NCBI RefSeq assembly: GCF_009914755.1 | Contig: NC_060947.1 | DNA length: 64,000 nucleotides | DNA from: the human T2T-CHM13v2.0 reference genome, Homo sapiens | Reading direction: 5' to 3' (one strand) | Part shown: positions 32,856-47,340 of the stretch, piece by piece | Numbering within the stretch: position 1 is the first letter of the stretch | How the letters are laid out: every line of letters starts with the position of its first letter | Notes under the pieces: generated by a model | Database searches by the model: none | What the model saw: only the letters and a program-made list of their open reading frames with translations | Told to the model about the DNA's origin: nothing | Position numbers and translations under genes: made by a program

Positions 32856-34590
32856 AAGTGTATAGTTTAATGGTTTTAGTATATTTACAGTTGTGTTATC
32901 ATCACCACTATCTAATTACAGAGCATTTTTATCACCCTAAAATAAATCTCATAATTACTAGTAGTCGCTGCCAACTCCCACTTGCCTCCATTCCCTTGCA
33001 ACCACTAATCTACTTTCTATGTCCAGAAAATGCCTTTTCTGGACATTTTATATAAATGGCATTATACAATATGTGACCTTTCATGTTTGGCTTCCTTCAC
33101 TCAGCATAATTTTTTTAAAATTTTACTTTAAGTTCTGGGATACATGTGCAGAATGTGCAGGTTTGTTACATAGGTATACATGTGCCATGGTTGTTTGCTG
33201 CACCTATCAACCCGTCATCTAGGTTTTAAGCCCAGCATGCATTAGGTATTTGTCTTAATGCTCTCCAACCCCTTGCCCCTCACCCCCTGACAGGCCCCAG
33301 TGCGTGATGTTCTCCTCCCTGTGTCCATGTGTTCCCATTGTTCAACTCCCACTTATGAGTGAGAACATGCAGTATTTGGTTTTCTGTTCCCGTGTTAGTT
33401 TGCTGAGAATGATGGCTTCCAGCTCCATCCATGTCCCTGCAAAGGACATGATCTCATTCTTTTTTATGGTTGCATAGTATTCCATGGTGTATATGTGCCA
33501 GATTTTCTTTATCCAATCTATCACTGATGGACATTTATGTTGGTTCCAAGTCTTTGCTATTGTAAATAGTCACTCAGCATAATGTTTTTAAGGTTCATCC
33601 ATGTCGTAGCATGTATTAGTACTTCATTCCTTTTTATGGCTGAGCAATATCTTATTGGGTAGTTATGCCTTACTTTGTTTTTCCATTTTATCAGTTGGTG
33701 GACATTTGGGTTGCTTGTACTTTTTGGCTATTGTGAATAATGCTGCTGTGAACATTTGTGTACACATATGTTTTCAGTTCTCTTGGGGATATACCTATAA
33801 ATGGAAATACTACATCATATGGTAACTTTATCTTAAAATTATTGAGGAAATGCCAAAATGTTTTCCACATTAGCTGCACCATTTTTTCTTTCTACCAGCA
33901 ACATACAATGATTCTAATATCTTCACATCTTTGCTAGTGCTTGTTTTTTCCTTTTTAAAAATTTTAGCCATCTTAGTGGGTATGAAGTAGTATCTCATTT
34001 TGGTTTTGATTTACATTTCCCTAATGACTAATGATGCTTTTTTTCATCTCCTTATTGGCCACTTGTATGTCTTCCTTGGAGAAATGTCTATTGAGGTCAT
34101 TTGCTCATTTTTAATTGAGTAATTTGTCTTTTCATTATGGAATTATAAGTATTATTATGTATTCTATATACAAGTCCCATATCAGTTATATTTGTAAATA
34201 CTTTCTCCCATTCTATGGTTGTCTTTCACTTTCTTGATAGTGTCCTTACAAGTGTAGAAGTTTCTAATGTTGTTGAAGTCCCATTTATGTATTCATTCTT
34301 TGGGCACTTGTACTTTTTAGGTATTATATCTAAGAAACCATTGCCTAATCTAAGGTCATGAAGATTTATACCAATGTTTTCTTCTGACCATTTTATAACT
34401 TCAGAGTTTTAGATGAGACATTTGGGTCATTGATCCATATGGAGTTTATGTGTATAGTGTGAGTTAAGGGTCCAGCTTCATTCTTTTGCTTCTGCATATC
34501 CAAGTGCCTCAGAATCATTTGTTGAAAAGATTACCCTTTCCACACTGAAGGGTCTTGGCACCCTTGTCAAAAATCAATTGACCATAAATG
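32856..34590 (-). mobile_element. L1MB-type 3' region, split by an L1PA
   Basis: ctggacattttatataaatggcattatacaatatgtgacc; ttggcacccttgtcaaaaatcaattgacc. Confidence 0.8.
33111..33569 (-). mobile_element. 5'-truncated L1PA8-10-like
   Basis: MIDWIKKIWHIYTMEYYATIKKNEIMSFAGTWMELEAIILSKL; TSD tcactcagcataat 33097-33110 / 33570-33583. Confidence 0.9.
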
Positions 34591-36489
34591 TCTATTTTTA
34601 ATGGAAAATTATCTTCATCTTAAAATTCTATGGCAATCCAAACATGCTCATGTTAAATGTTAGAGTAAAATATGCAAGGACTCAAAAAATTCCTCCTATG
34701 AACTCTTCTGGAAGCAATTGGAGGTTTTGCTCTACTAAAATGAAGGAGTAAGCCAAGAAAAAGAAAGACATAGGGTAAGATCCAGGAAACAAGACTCTAA
34801 CTCCAGGGGATGGGAAGGGAGAGTCCCAGGAAGACAGTCATGTTCAAGGCCATGAGAATAACTGGCTTAGTTTGTAGCGGGGGAACAGGGAGCTGCAAAA
34901 GGGCAATCTTTAGGGGGAATATGGAAGCAGCAGATTTTTAGATGAATCAGAGTGTTTGGAAAAATTATTAATAGATATTTTACAGAACTGTTAGAATACT
35001 GAGGGGGGGAAGCATTAGAAATATTGAAATCTCAAATAATAAAATACTGAAGCCATTATTAACTTCAAAAAAAAAACCCCAAAATCTAACAATAATATGC
35101 TAAGACTAACAATAATGTGCTACTTTGCTTAGCAGCAAACAATAATTGCATAGCCATAATCGTGTGAACCTGGCAATGATTTAATCAAGCATTGTGATAG
35201 AAATTTTAAGGGAATTGATGAATCTGGGTGTGCAGTGTGGGGAGGTATAAGAAAGCTAAATTGTCAACTACTGTAAAAGAAAATCAATAGATAGTATCTA
35301 ATATCAATAAATAAATAGCTCTTTAGGCATATTATTTAGATAATATAACGTGGAAATCAGAAGAAACAGCTATTATTGTTTCTTGGGAGGGTGATGGGGA
35401 ATGCTGGGGTAGGGGACTGCTGTTATTTGCTATGTCATGCCTCAATATTATTTTATGTTTATGTGTATGTGTTACTATGAAAACAAAAATTGTTGCTCTT
35501 TAACTCACAAGCCAGCAGGAGGTACAAAGAGACTACCACCTCATAACATGGCTCAACTGGAAACTTAGGCTTCACCTTTGATTATCTGAACTTCGCCTCC
35601 ATGTGGGTGAAGTATGTGGCAGAGACAGAAGGGCCTTGAGCCTTCTAGATGCCAACCTCTGATGATGTGAATTAATGCGTGCAGGTGGCTTTCAACTGGC
35701 CAGCTAATTTCTGCAATATAGGAAATGACTGTAATTTCTGTTTTTGCATCTGGCCTCAAAAGAGAAAGTGGCCCCAATTGCCTATTGAATTTATGGAGAT
35801 GAGATCTCAAGTATCTTAGGATAATTGTTGGATGAAGGGACAGGCTTTGCCAGAAAAGCAATTTTAGTACTTTCCCCTCTCATAAGGTACTCTGAAACAA
35901 TTTTTCTATTTAAATTTTTTAAAGTACCATATCTTCAAAAAATCTCCATTTTTGCTGTGACTGGCATGTTTTGTTAATGCATTTTAGCTCCCATCCTAGT
36001 GTCTGAGGTCACCAAAACAGGGTTCTACTTAGCTAGCTTTCTTTCTTATTTACCCTGCTTTATAGTTATGTGTTTGTCTTACTACCTAGGTCCCAAGTAT
36101 ATCTCCTGTTAGTGATCATGATGGTAGGTTTCTGTGCCCCTTTTTCTGTTCCTTATCTATCTCTTTCATCACCTCCCTAAACCATTTTTTTGTGGCTGTT
36201 TGCTTCGCATTCCCACATTTTTCTTTCCATTGTCCGTTCATTTAAGAAATATTCATAGAGCAGCTATAATATGCATTAAAACATGACACTCCCCGAGGAG
36301 TGCTCTCAACAGTCTAATTGAGGTGACATACAAATGATGAATAGAAATAGTAATTAACTAGAGTTAATGATGTAATGACAAAATTATTTCTAGACACGGT
36401 GAACGCTACGGGATTAAAAAATAAAGGTAATACGTGCTCATTGCAGGAAATTGGCAAAATACAGAAAATATACCAAAAAATATGAAAAT

Positions 36490-36950
36490 TGAGTTGGACT
36501 GTCTAGGTTGGAATCCTAGTACGTGGCCTTCAAATATTTTTTTCTGGCATATGTTGTATGATTCTTAATTGCAGTTTAACATGTTTTTCCTCCATGTTTC
36601 ATTTTTCCTATCTTATTCTTTATTTGCTATGTTTGTCACTGTCATTTCCTATTTCTTTAACATCTATCCTTGTTAGAGATATATCCTTGGGCAAGTTGCT
36701 TAACCTCTCTGAGCCCTACTTTCTTTATCTGTTATGTAAGGATAATAATATTAGAGGGATACAGGAGGCGGAGGTGGTTGCAGTGAGCCGAGATCGCGCC
36801 ACTGCACTCTAGCCTGGCAACAGAGCGAGACTCCGTCTCAAAATAAATACATAAAATAAATCATCATCATCATCATCATAATATTAGAGGGCTAATAGGC
36901 TTACCACAGAGCCTGGTAGACGTAAGTGGTAGTAGTCACAGTTGTCATTA
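36490..36950 (+). mobile_element. MIR interrupted by a 145-bp duplicated segment and a truncated Alu
   Basis: gactgtctaggttggaatcctag | ... | ccttgggcaagttgcttaacctctctgagccc...gataataata. Confidence 0.75.
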
Positions 36951-37115
36951 CCACCACCATCAGTTTTTTGGTACATGGCCTTCAAATATTTTTTTCTGGC
37001 ATATGTTTTATGATTCTTAATTGCAGTTTAACATGTTTTCCCTCCATGTTTCATTTTTCCTACCTTATTCTTTATTTGCTATGCTTGTCACTGTCATTTC
37101 CTATTTCTTTAACAT
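36519..37115 (+). repeat. 145-bp direct duplication (36519-36663 and 36971-37115)
   Basis: Copies align without gaps, 5 mismatches by eye. Confidence 0.95.
36762..36877 (+). mobile_element. 5'-truncated Alu (S/Y-like) with (ATC)n tail
   Basis: TSD ataatattagaggg 36745-36758 / 36878-36891. Confidence 0.88.
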
Positions 37116-37589
37116 TTTCTCTAATTTCTCCTGTTTTTTTTTTCTACCTGTAATATTTCTTTTCTACCATTATTTGGAAATAGTCTGACAGGCAAGAAAT
37201 ATTTACTGAGCTGCTACAAAGTACAGGTACTGTGTTAAGTCTCAGGGAGACTGAAAATAGAAGGTGAAGAAATTTATTCTTTTTCAGTAAATTTGCTTAC
37301 ATAGGGAGTCATTTTTGGCATAGGCAACAAGAGACCTAGGCCCTGGTCCCTAGCTCTGTCACTCTCCAGGTTGTGTGACCTCTTTCACTTTCTAATTTGT
37401 CCAAATGGGTACATTAATGCCTGCCCTGCCATTGTCATTAGGCTGTGGATTATGGAATGTCAATGAGCTTTTGCAAACTAGACATATGGAAAAAAATGGC
37501 AAGTACATACGTTTAGAGAGAAACTCGTTCCTAGCTGCTTTATTAGTGGGCAGCATAGGCTGTTTTTGTTCTTTTTAAAAAATTTCTTC

Positions 37590-37659
37590 TTAGGTTGGCA
37601 CAAAAGTAATTGCCATTCCTTTTAATGGCAAACACCCCAATTGCTTTTGTACCAACCAA
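37590..37659. mobile_element. MADE1 mariner MITE with ~10-nt deletion in left arm
   Basis: ttaggttggcacaaaagtaattgcc...caattgcttttgtaccaaccaa inverted repeats. Confidence 0.88.
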
Positions 37660-39855
37660 TAATTAATCTTCTTACCTTCACTCACTTTGTCAAGAATAGT
37701 TAAATCTCTGGTCAGAATTACCCTGAAGTCAAACTGGTTTAATATACTAAACCAGCTAAATGTTTGATGATATACATAGTTATTACAAAAATAAAATGCT
37801 GCCCTCTGTATAGACTAGATGGAGCCCTCCCCTTCCCCCACCAGCTTGTCCTCCATAGACCATTGAAATTCACTAGCCCTTGGTCTGTACTGAAAAATTG
37901 ACGTATTATTTAGATCAGAGATTCATTATTCTGAGGCATTTTAAAAGCAGCAAGACCAAGTAAAATCAATATTTGCTTGGAATTTGCCAGGTATTAAAAT
38001 TAACTTTTTCTACAGCATTTGAGAAAATCAAATACAACTCCATTATTTTTATAATCATACAAAGAATCATATTCATATACTGCCTTGGATTTTGTTTTAA
38101 AATATACAGACATATAAAATGTTTGGGGGCTATATGAAACAATAATAGCAGAGTTTACAATCACTGAAGCTAGGAGACTGGCCACGGAGACTCGTTACTT
38201 GTTCTCTCTACTTTTTGTATGTTTGAAAATTGGACTTGATGAAGAATAAAAATGAAACAAATTAAAACACAGAGGTCATTTTCACTGTTCATTGTAGTTT
38301 GTTTCTATAGGCATTTTCATGGCCTAATAATTTTGATTTGTTAATTGGGAAATCTATAAGATCATGTGGAATTTGAAACTTTTCCAAGCATTTTGGATTT
38401 GTTTTTATTTCACTGAAAACCCTGTGGGGGGCATGATTACTTTTGTTGTTCTTGTTATGCAGTCAAGGAAACTTTATGGTCAAGTGAGTTGCCCGAGGTG
38501 ACACAACTTCGTAGCACTACAAGATGGGCTAGCAGCTAGGTTTCTTGACTGCCATGCTGAAGCCCTTTTTACACAAACATCAGAGGGCAAAATAATTCAC
38601 AGGTATGTTTGAATAAGCCTTCTTTAATTACTGGGATATTTTGTTAATGTGATGCCAGCAAGTTCTTTTAACGTATAAAATTTTAAGTTCATGAGGCCTG
38701 ATGACAAGTAAGAAATTCCCATTTATCAAGCCAGGCACTGTTTTAAGTGTTTTATATTTAAGTTTTTCCCCAAATCCCTGGGTTTCAGTTATGCATCCTG
38801 CAACTTACTGGCTGTAGGACCTTGAACAACTTAAATGACACCCCTCAGCATCAATTTCCTTATCTGTAAAAGCGGGGTGATCATACCTACCTCATTGGGA
38901 GTTTGGCAGAGTTAATGAGATAACATATATAAAGTGCCCAACACAGTGCCTGGAACATACCAAAATGATTAAAGAGATGATACTGAGAAAACAAAAGGCA
39001 AGGAGGAAGATGCCTATAAGGCTCAGAAGAAAGCACAAATTGTTTAGAAAACTGTAAACCATCTGACATGGCTGCCTCCAAACTCTCCCCCGCTCTGCAC
39101 TACTCTCATTCTACATTATGTGATAGTCACCTTGTTTTAATAATACAGGCATGATTGTGTTAACTCCCCACTCAAAACTCTTAAATGGTCCCTATAATAT
39201 CTCAGCATTCCAGAATCTTTTTGTCAGCAAAATGGAAACCATTTCAAAGTTTACTACAAAATTTGTACTTTTGCAACTCTCCGTGGAGTACAAGAACAAT
39301 GCTGTGTGAAATATATGCTGGTGACAATTTAACAACTTAGGAAGGTAGAGAAGGATAATTTAATAAATGATAAAAAATATATCCTCATATTTCATATTTT
39401 ATATCAACATTAGTTTCAGGTACATACAAATGGAAACAACAAAAATGGGGGCCAAAAATTAAGACCATAACAATGTGAATATTTATTGCACCTCTGTATA
39501 GAGGACATGTTAAGCTTAAAAACGATAGAAGAAAAATCATGAAAGAAACTATTTATATATCTGACTATATAAAAAAAAAGCTTCTACATGCCAAATATAA
39601 TAAAAGACAAAGAACAAACTTGGAAAAATATTTGCCATGTATATAACAGAAAAAGTAATGTCTTGAATAGCTAAAGAGCACATACAAAATAATGAGAAAA
39701 TCCAAAGGCTTTCAGTGGAAAATGACATTAACAAACAAGTCACAAAAAAGGAAAGTGAATGGCTAATAAACATATGAATAAATGTTCACCTGCACTGGTA
39801 ATCAAAAATGCTAATGGAAGCAAGAGCCCAATTTTCACCTATTAATTAACAAAGA

Positions 39856-40238
<383 letters not shown>

Positions 40239-40524
40239 TTAGCCAGAGTAGCATAAGAAAGGGATTCATACATTGGTAATGGGGGCATAAACTGATGCAG
40301 TCTTCATGGAAAGCAATTTGACAACATATTTCAGGAGCTAAAACATCGTCTTATCCTTGACCTGTAGCTCCACTCTTAATATAATAACAATCACTTCTCA
40401 GGAAGTAAGCTGAGGTCCAGACAAAATTTATGCAAAGAGATGCCCATTTATAATAACCAAATTGTCAATCAACCTAAATGTTCAACAATGGGGATTTGGG
40501 TAAATACATTATTGTATAATCTTA

Positions 40525-40719
<195 letters not shown>

Positions 40720-41499
40720 TTATTATATAATGTTGAGAAATACAAAGATGATACATCACTGTACATATATGTTTTCACCTGGGTTAAAAAAACATAGATG
40801 CATGGGAACAAAAGGAAAAACTGTTAATGTGGTAGGTTTCTCAGGGAGGTGAGATTATAGGTGCTTATTATAACATTTGTGGTCATTTTTTCTGTGTTTT
40901 ACAAATTTTTGACAATGGCCATGTATTTTTGTTATTTACAAAAAAGAATATTTAGAATAGACCATGAGAAATGCTGCAGACTACAAATATTCCCCATTAT
41001 CAATATTTAATCACAATTATTATTAGAGCGTTTGATGTCCAGCAGATGGAGCTGCATCCCTTACCATTTGGCTTGCACTCTGGGACTATAAAAACTGTTT
41101 TCATTTGTTTTGTTTTCTTTGAAGCAAATCCCTTGTATCCTCCTAAAGGTTTTGTAAAGCATATGTTCTTTAAAAAAAAAAAAAAGATTACATTTAAAAT
41201 TTGTTTTGAGAATTTTATGAAACCCCTCTGGGGTAATTAGAGGCCCCCTGGGGTGTCACAAAAAGCAGGGCTATGCAATGGATTTGGGGAACTGGGTTAC
41301 TTGAGAGATTAGCTGATTGTGTGGAGCCACAAAAGGAGTCGGGGCAAAGTCAGAAAAAACAAGTTGAGGGTCCCGTTCACTGGGCTTCATTTGTTGAGGA
41401 AAGACAGGGTAGAAAATTGTATTTTGATGTGTAAGTGCACAGGCTTAGCATTTCCGCATCATTCCAGAATTGATGTTTTCATTGGTTCCCAACACATAT

Positions 41500-41752
41500 T
41501 TAGGGTGGTGATTAAAAACACTGGCTTACTTAAGACCTCCATTCAAAGTCAAATTTCACAACTTCCTACCTGTGTGACTTTGGGCAAATCATTTCACCTC
41601 TCTGTGCCTAACTTTCCTCATTTGTAAAGTAGAAATAGTAATACAACCTACTCATAAGGTGTTGTGAGGGTCAAATTATATAATGTATGTAAAAGTGTTT
41701 GCCATAATAATTGGCAAATGGTAAGCACAAAATAAATGTTAGCCATGATTAT
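41500..41752 (+). mobile_element. MIR
   Basis: ctgtgtgactttgggcaaatcatttcacctctctgtgcctaactttcctcatttgtaaa. Confidence 0.8.
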
Positions 41753-42497
41753 AATTCATTCATTTATTCAACACACACATTGGTACCAACTATGTGTCGG
41801 GCAATGGGCTGCGCACTGGAAGAGAAAAAACAGACACGTTCTGCCCTCTGGGAGTTTAGAGGAGGAACAATACCATGCCTAAGAAGCAGTGTGAGAAAGC
41901 TCGGGACCAGGATTTCTGGGTCTCACTCTGGCCTTGGCTTATTTTAGGACCTCAGATATAATAAATTACTTAATCTCCATTTTTCTCTCAGTAAAACAAG
42001 GGATTTGGATGAGATGATCTCTTTCAGCTCTGGAGCATTCTGACTGTATTTCAAAGAACATTGCTGAATGAGATCAAATCAAAGTTATTATCTTTCAAAT
42101 ATATTCACATTATGCAGTCTCTTCTCAGGAGGTGCAAAATTCTCATAATTAGGAAAAGGTCCAAGGGCAAACAGAATGATTACAGCAGAGGCTGGATAAG
42201 ACACCCATATCTGAGACGCCAGAGAAAAGAAAAATCAGTCTTCAAAAAAATACCGAAACAGTGCCTTACAAAAAATATATTTATGGTTACTTTAATTGCC
42301 AAAGAATAAAAATGAGTTAATTTCCATTTCACAAACTTCGTGGGACATCAACATTTGTTTGCTATTTTCAGATTACAACAAAATTGTGTTTTGTTATTAC
42401 AGCACATTTGTGTGTGCGTGCATGTGTGTGTATGAGCATGTCAATGTCTGTGGGTGTGGTTGCTTTTTGCTATCATTATTTTATTCACTTAAACCAT

Positions 42498-42692
42498 CTA
42501 TCAGCAAACATTTTCTGTAACGGACCAGATAGCAAATATTTTAGGCTTTGTTGGCCGTATACCATCTCTGTTGCATATTCTTCTTATGTTTTTAACAACC
42601 ATTTAATGATATAAAAACCATCCTTCAATCCCAGGGTGTACAAAAATAGACTGAAGATTAGATTTGGTCTGTAGTCCAGTTTGCTGACCTCA
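42498..42692 (+). mobile_element. MER58-family hAT MITE
   Basis: tcagcaaacattttctgtaacggaccagatagcaaatattttaggctttg...agtttgctgacc. Confidence 0.8.
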
Positions 42693-45298
42693 TCTTAAAT
42701 CACATTTTCAGCTTCCTGTCTCCATGAGTTAGGTTTCATGGTATGTCTCCACCACCACGCCATCCCACCTTACTCAGTGCACAGGTCGTTTCTTACCCTA
42801 GTCTCTTCTACTTGTTCTCATCTGATTGTGCACAGTCCCTGCTTCCCATCTAATTACTCTAATTCCAGCGACATCCTGGTGTACGATGATGCAGTTCTAC
42901 CAGAAAGCATCACCCCAAAACAAAATGGTAGTTGGTGGTCTGGTCCACGAGATTGACTGCTCCATGGACATGCACCCATCAACATATCTGTCCCATGAAG
43001 CAAATCGCAAGGTTTCCTGGGCCCAGCTCCTTAACCATGGCAATGGCTTTGACTCACTTCTACCTAGAACCAAACTTTTCATTATTCAGCAAATATTTAC
43101 TGTGCATCAATTATATGCTTGGCATTGTACCAGACTCAGGACACAGCAAAGAACAGTGTGGGCATGGCTGTGACCCTCACAGAGCTTACACACCACTGCG
43201 AGGGAAAAAGACATGGAGGCACATCCTTGTAGCAATGCTGGAATTTTTATGTAATATTTCAAGAAGTACAGGGTTTTGTGGGAGCACAGAGAAAGGCATC
43301 TAACCCAGCTGTGGAGGTCAGGGGAGGTTGCCTCCAGAGGAAGTGACACTTAACTCTTTCTACGTGGGAAAGATATATGGAACCCTCTATTAGAGCCGAT
43401 TAGAGCAGCAGGCACCCTAATCTCCTTAGTAAATGGGTCTTGAGCTCTACTTAGAATTTTGGTGACAGTAATCCTGCCAAATCTGACTTTATCCCTTTGG
43501 ACTAAGCTCCTGGTCTTGGTCCTACTTTCAAGGCTTCATTCCCCAGAAACACTGTCTTCACACCTCCTCCCACTGGTCATGCCCTTACATCTACAACACT
43601 GACTCTAACCTAGTCAGTTCACCTCTTCCAGGTAAAGCATTTTTGCTAAAGTGACCTGAATTGAGTAGCCAATTGGCAAGAACAGTGATAATCAGCTTTC
43701 AATGATTAATATTGATATCAGCAATTACTCTTTTCAGATATTGGACATTTGCCTTTTCCAGTGGGCTTGGTTAGTTATGAATAGGCATCCAGGCTTAAAT
43801 GGATATTTTCTATACTCAACATTTTAGGTGTAAATTCTGAATCCCCGGGGAAAATTGGTCAGAAAAGGTCCTCTTACTCTTCATTAACTGTAAAATGAAT
43901 GTAAAGAATCTCTTCCATTTGTGCCCCCCCAACCCCGTGCAGGGGCTTCTTGGGAGGTATGTTAGCCTATTCATATGTTAATTCCGCAGAGCCCTCTATC
44001 TTTTCACAGAGGCCCTGTACAATGATGGGGGAGTCTGCATATTTCAAAAGAGCAGCATATGCTTCTTAAGGTGAACGTGCAATATAACACTGCAGGGGAA
44101 ATACAGTGCATTTTTCTTTGCCGCTTTGCAGAGAGAGTTTACAAGCATCATTTGGAAATGGATGGCATTTTTCTGTATAGGAATTGAGTTTGACAATTAA
44201 CCATGATTTTTTTTCTTTTAATTTAGAGGCCCAGGTCTTCTAAACAACATTCTTTTTCATGTAAATAAAATAAATAAAAGAAAAGAAAATTTTAATTCCT
44301 GGAAAAGCACCAGAAATGCCTTCTCCTGAAGCTGTTTAACTGTTGTTTTGAAAATGCATTCTCCTCAGAAAAAATTCTGAGTTGGGAGGGAAGCAGACAA
44401 TATATATAACTTGATATCTTAAATTTCTCTCTCACTCTCTTTTTTTTCATTCTTAAGCCTAATGCATCCTATCACAAGAGTGCTTAATGTTTAGGTTATA
44501 ATTTCAGATATGCAAATGATTCATTAGTAGAGTATTTGATAATCATATTTCAAAAAACTTCTGATAGACAGTAATTGCGTCTTCTAGAATTATATTCCAG
44601 TGCTCAGTAATGACAAACACTGTGTATTAATTTCACGTATTAGAAATAATGATTAAAGTAAAACCTATTTGATGTAATGACCATTAGTTCAGAGCTGTAG
44701 AACGATGCTTCGTGGCTTAAGATGAATAATAATGGCCCGTTTTTCATCAGACAGATGTTCCATCTTATTGTAAAAAGATGTTACATCACAGAAATAGAAA
44801 ATGTAAAACAACTAGAAAATACTATGTCACCAAGCTTGATTAACCAATTGAACAATTAATGTCTGAAAAGCATTAGCATTTGCAATGCACTGTGTGCTGT
44901 TTTTATCATGTTTTCTATGGGACCAATTTTGAAGAACGTTTTACAAAAGTAAAATTTAAAAATTAGAGAAGAAATATGTAGTAATATAGTTCAAGTTTGT
45001 GTGGACGATGAAATGCTGGGATGTCAAACCACAGTGTTGTAAAAATTAAAAAAAAAAAAAAAGCGTAACTGTTAACGATGGTTGTCCCCTGGGCAGATTA
45101 CTGGGTGGCTGAGGGACAGGAATAGGAGAGATTTTTTTTGGATTTACTTTTTACTCCTTTTTTAAATGTTTTGCATTGTATAGTATATGCATTGTTCAGT
45201 ATTTTTAAATAATTTCATTTTAAACAACAATAACAACTCATAACCATATATTGAAGTGGAGAGGAAGCATGAGAAACTACCATAATAGGCTTCGGGGC

Positions 45299-45348
45299 CA
45301 CACACACACACACACGCACACGCGCACACACACACACACACACACACA
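45299..45348. repeat. (CA)n microsatellite with CG interruptions
   Basis: Direct read. Confidence 0.95.
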
Positions 45349-46062
45349 CTCATTTCCCAATTCTGTTTCTTTCTAGTTATGAGGCCTCGAGAAGGTTGCT
45401 TATCTTTCCTAAACTAAGAGAACCCACCTCATGGGTCTGATAGGAGTATTTAAATAGGTTGTAGAATGACACCTGTCACGTTAAGTGCTTGATAAATGTT
45501 GACTAGCATTATTGTTTATATCATACTAAAAACAGTCTCATCTAATACAGTAGTCCTCCAACATCTATTACTCTTATTTTCACAGTGCCAATTTAAAATA
45601 GTATTTATGTGGCTTGCTTTTATTTATTTAAAGCCTAACCCATTCCATTGAGAAAGAAGTGAAAGATTCATTTTTCTCTTCTCCCTCCCTTCTTTCCTTT
45701 CTACCACAAACTTTTCCTGGGTACCTACTAAGGGCTAAGTGCACAGTGCATACAGAACCTTAGAAATGATCCATACTAATTTTTCGACTGATATAAGAAT
45801 TTATTACTGTCATGTACCTTAAAGGTGACCCAGCTACAGTTTCAACCCTCCATGTAACAAGAGACCTCACTGCTTCCTGAATCATACTTTCCTTTGTTAA
45901 ACAATTCTAATTTGTTAGAATGATCTTTTTCACATTGAACTAAAAATTGTTGTCCCTACGGTTTCCATAGTTGGGTAAACCTCTATAATTTTCCTAACTC
46001 GTCTCTTACTTGCAATTCTTTACTTCTGTCACAGTGCTGGTATCAGAACCCAGATCCCCTGA

Positions 46063-46413
<351 letters not shown>

Positions 46414-47074
46414 TAAAAATCTCTGCCAGCCCAGTTGGCTGCCTTCGATTCCATTGAACACCCTGACCTTGTCCAAAAGACTGACAGTGTTGAGGACTTC
46501 ATTTTAAACACAAAGGAAAAAATTGCGAGAGTGCTTCCCAGGCAAGACCTAGTGCATCCTAGTCAAAGTTCCTCCAATCCAGTGGTTACCCTAGCATCAA
46601 GTATTGTACCAAGGACAAGAGTCTGGTGAGAGCAATTCTTCATGAGTTCTATAGCTGTGCTAGTCAAAAAGTGCTTTCCCTCGGCTGAGAATCACTAAAC
46701 ACAACACAAGCCTCCTTGATATTCTATTCAGTTTTTCAGAGCTTCAAAATTTACTACTAAGTAATTTGAATTGCTCAGTGTTTCCAGTGTTCATTGGGAG
46801 CAAAATACCCTAGTCGCTTTGTCAACTTGCCACTTAATCAATGCAGAGAACAGGTGATCTTACTATGGGTTGTTCAAATGTGCATCTTCTGAAATAGGTG
46901 CCGGTCTCAGAGTCTGGGAAACCTTTGTCAGGGTCAGATGTAAGACAGTCAGGTGAATCATTCTTATTCCTAGATCTGGTGAGTGCGCTAGCTGGGCAGG
47001 CTAGGACTGGGTTTGCAAATAGAAGGGAGGAGACATCTTTCAGTGCAAGTCCCACTGAGACAGGTCCTGAGTTA

Positions 47075-47340
47075 TGCCAGGAGGGGGCAGCAGAGAGCTG
47101 GCCTACTTATGAGCCAGGCGAACCCAGCGGTGAGGGGAGTACAATGGAGAACTCGAAGCTGAAGAGTGTGGGATTGGCGCTGAAGAGTGTGGGATTGTCT
47201 CCCAAAGGCGTAGAAAAGACACTAATCGAGTAAGAGGCCTAGTGAGGGAGTTGCCAGGTGGAGGGAGATAATCACGGAGGAGGCACCTTCGTGAGGGCAA
47301 ATTCACCAACTCAGGAGGCGGGGCCCACCCAATTTAAAGG
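47075..47340. promoter_or_regulatory. Candidate CTCF site plus GC-box/CCAAT cluster
   Basis: CCAGGAGGGGGCAGC 47077-47091; ATTGG 47173-47177; GGAGGCGGGGC 47314-47324; CCAAT 47329-47333; locally retained CpGs in non-repeat DNA. Confidence 0.45.

Noticed and set aside
35565-35861. 98-aa minus-strand ORF in unique sequence
   Set aside because: Non-ATG start, no motif or codon pattern; length expected by chance
42738-43349. Several overlapping 60-120 aa ORFs and a possible exon ttccag|...|gtagtt
   Set aside because: No recognisable protein similarity, weak donor, and the right part runs into L2 sequence
46898-47233. 111-aa ORF over the CpG-retaining patch
   Set aside because: GTG start, no family resemblance, no splice or poly(A) support
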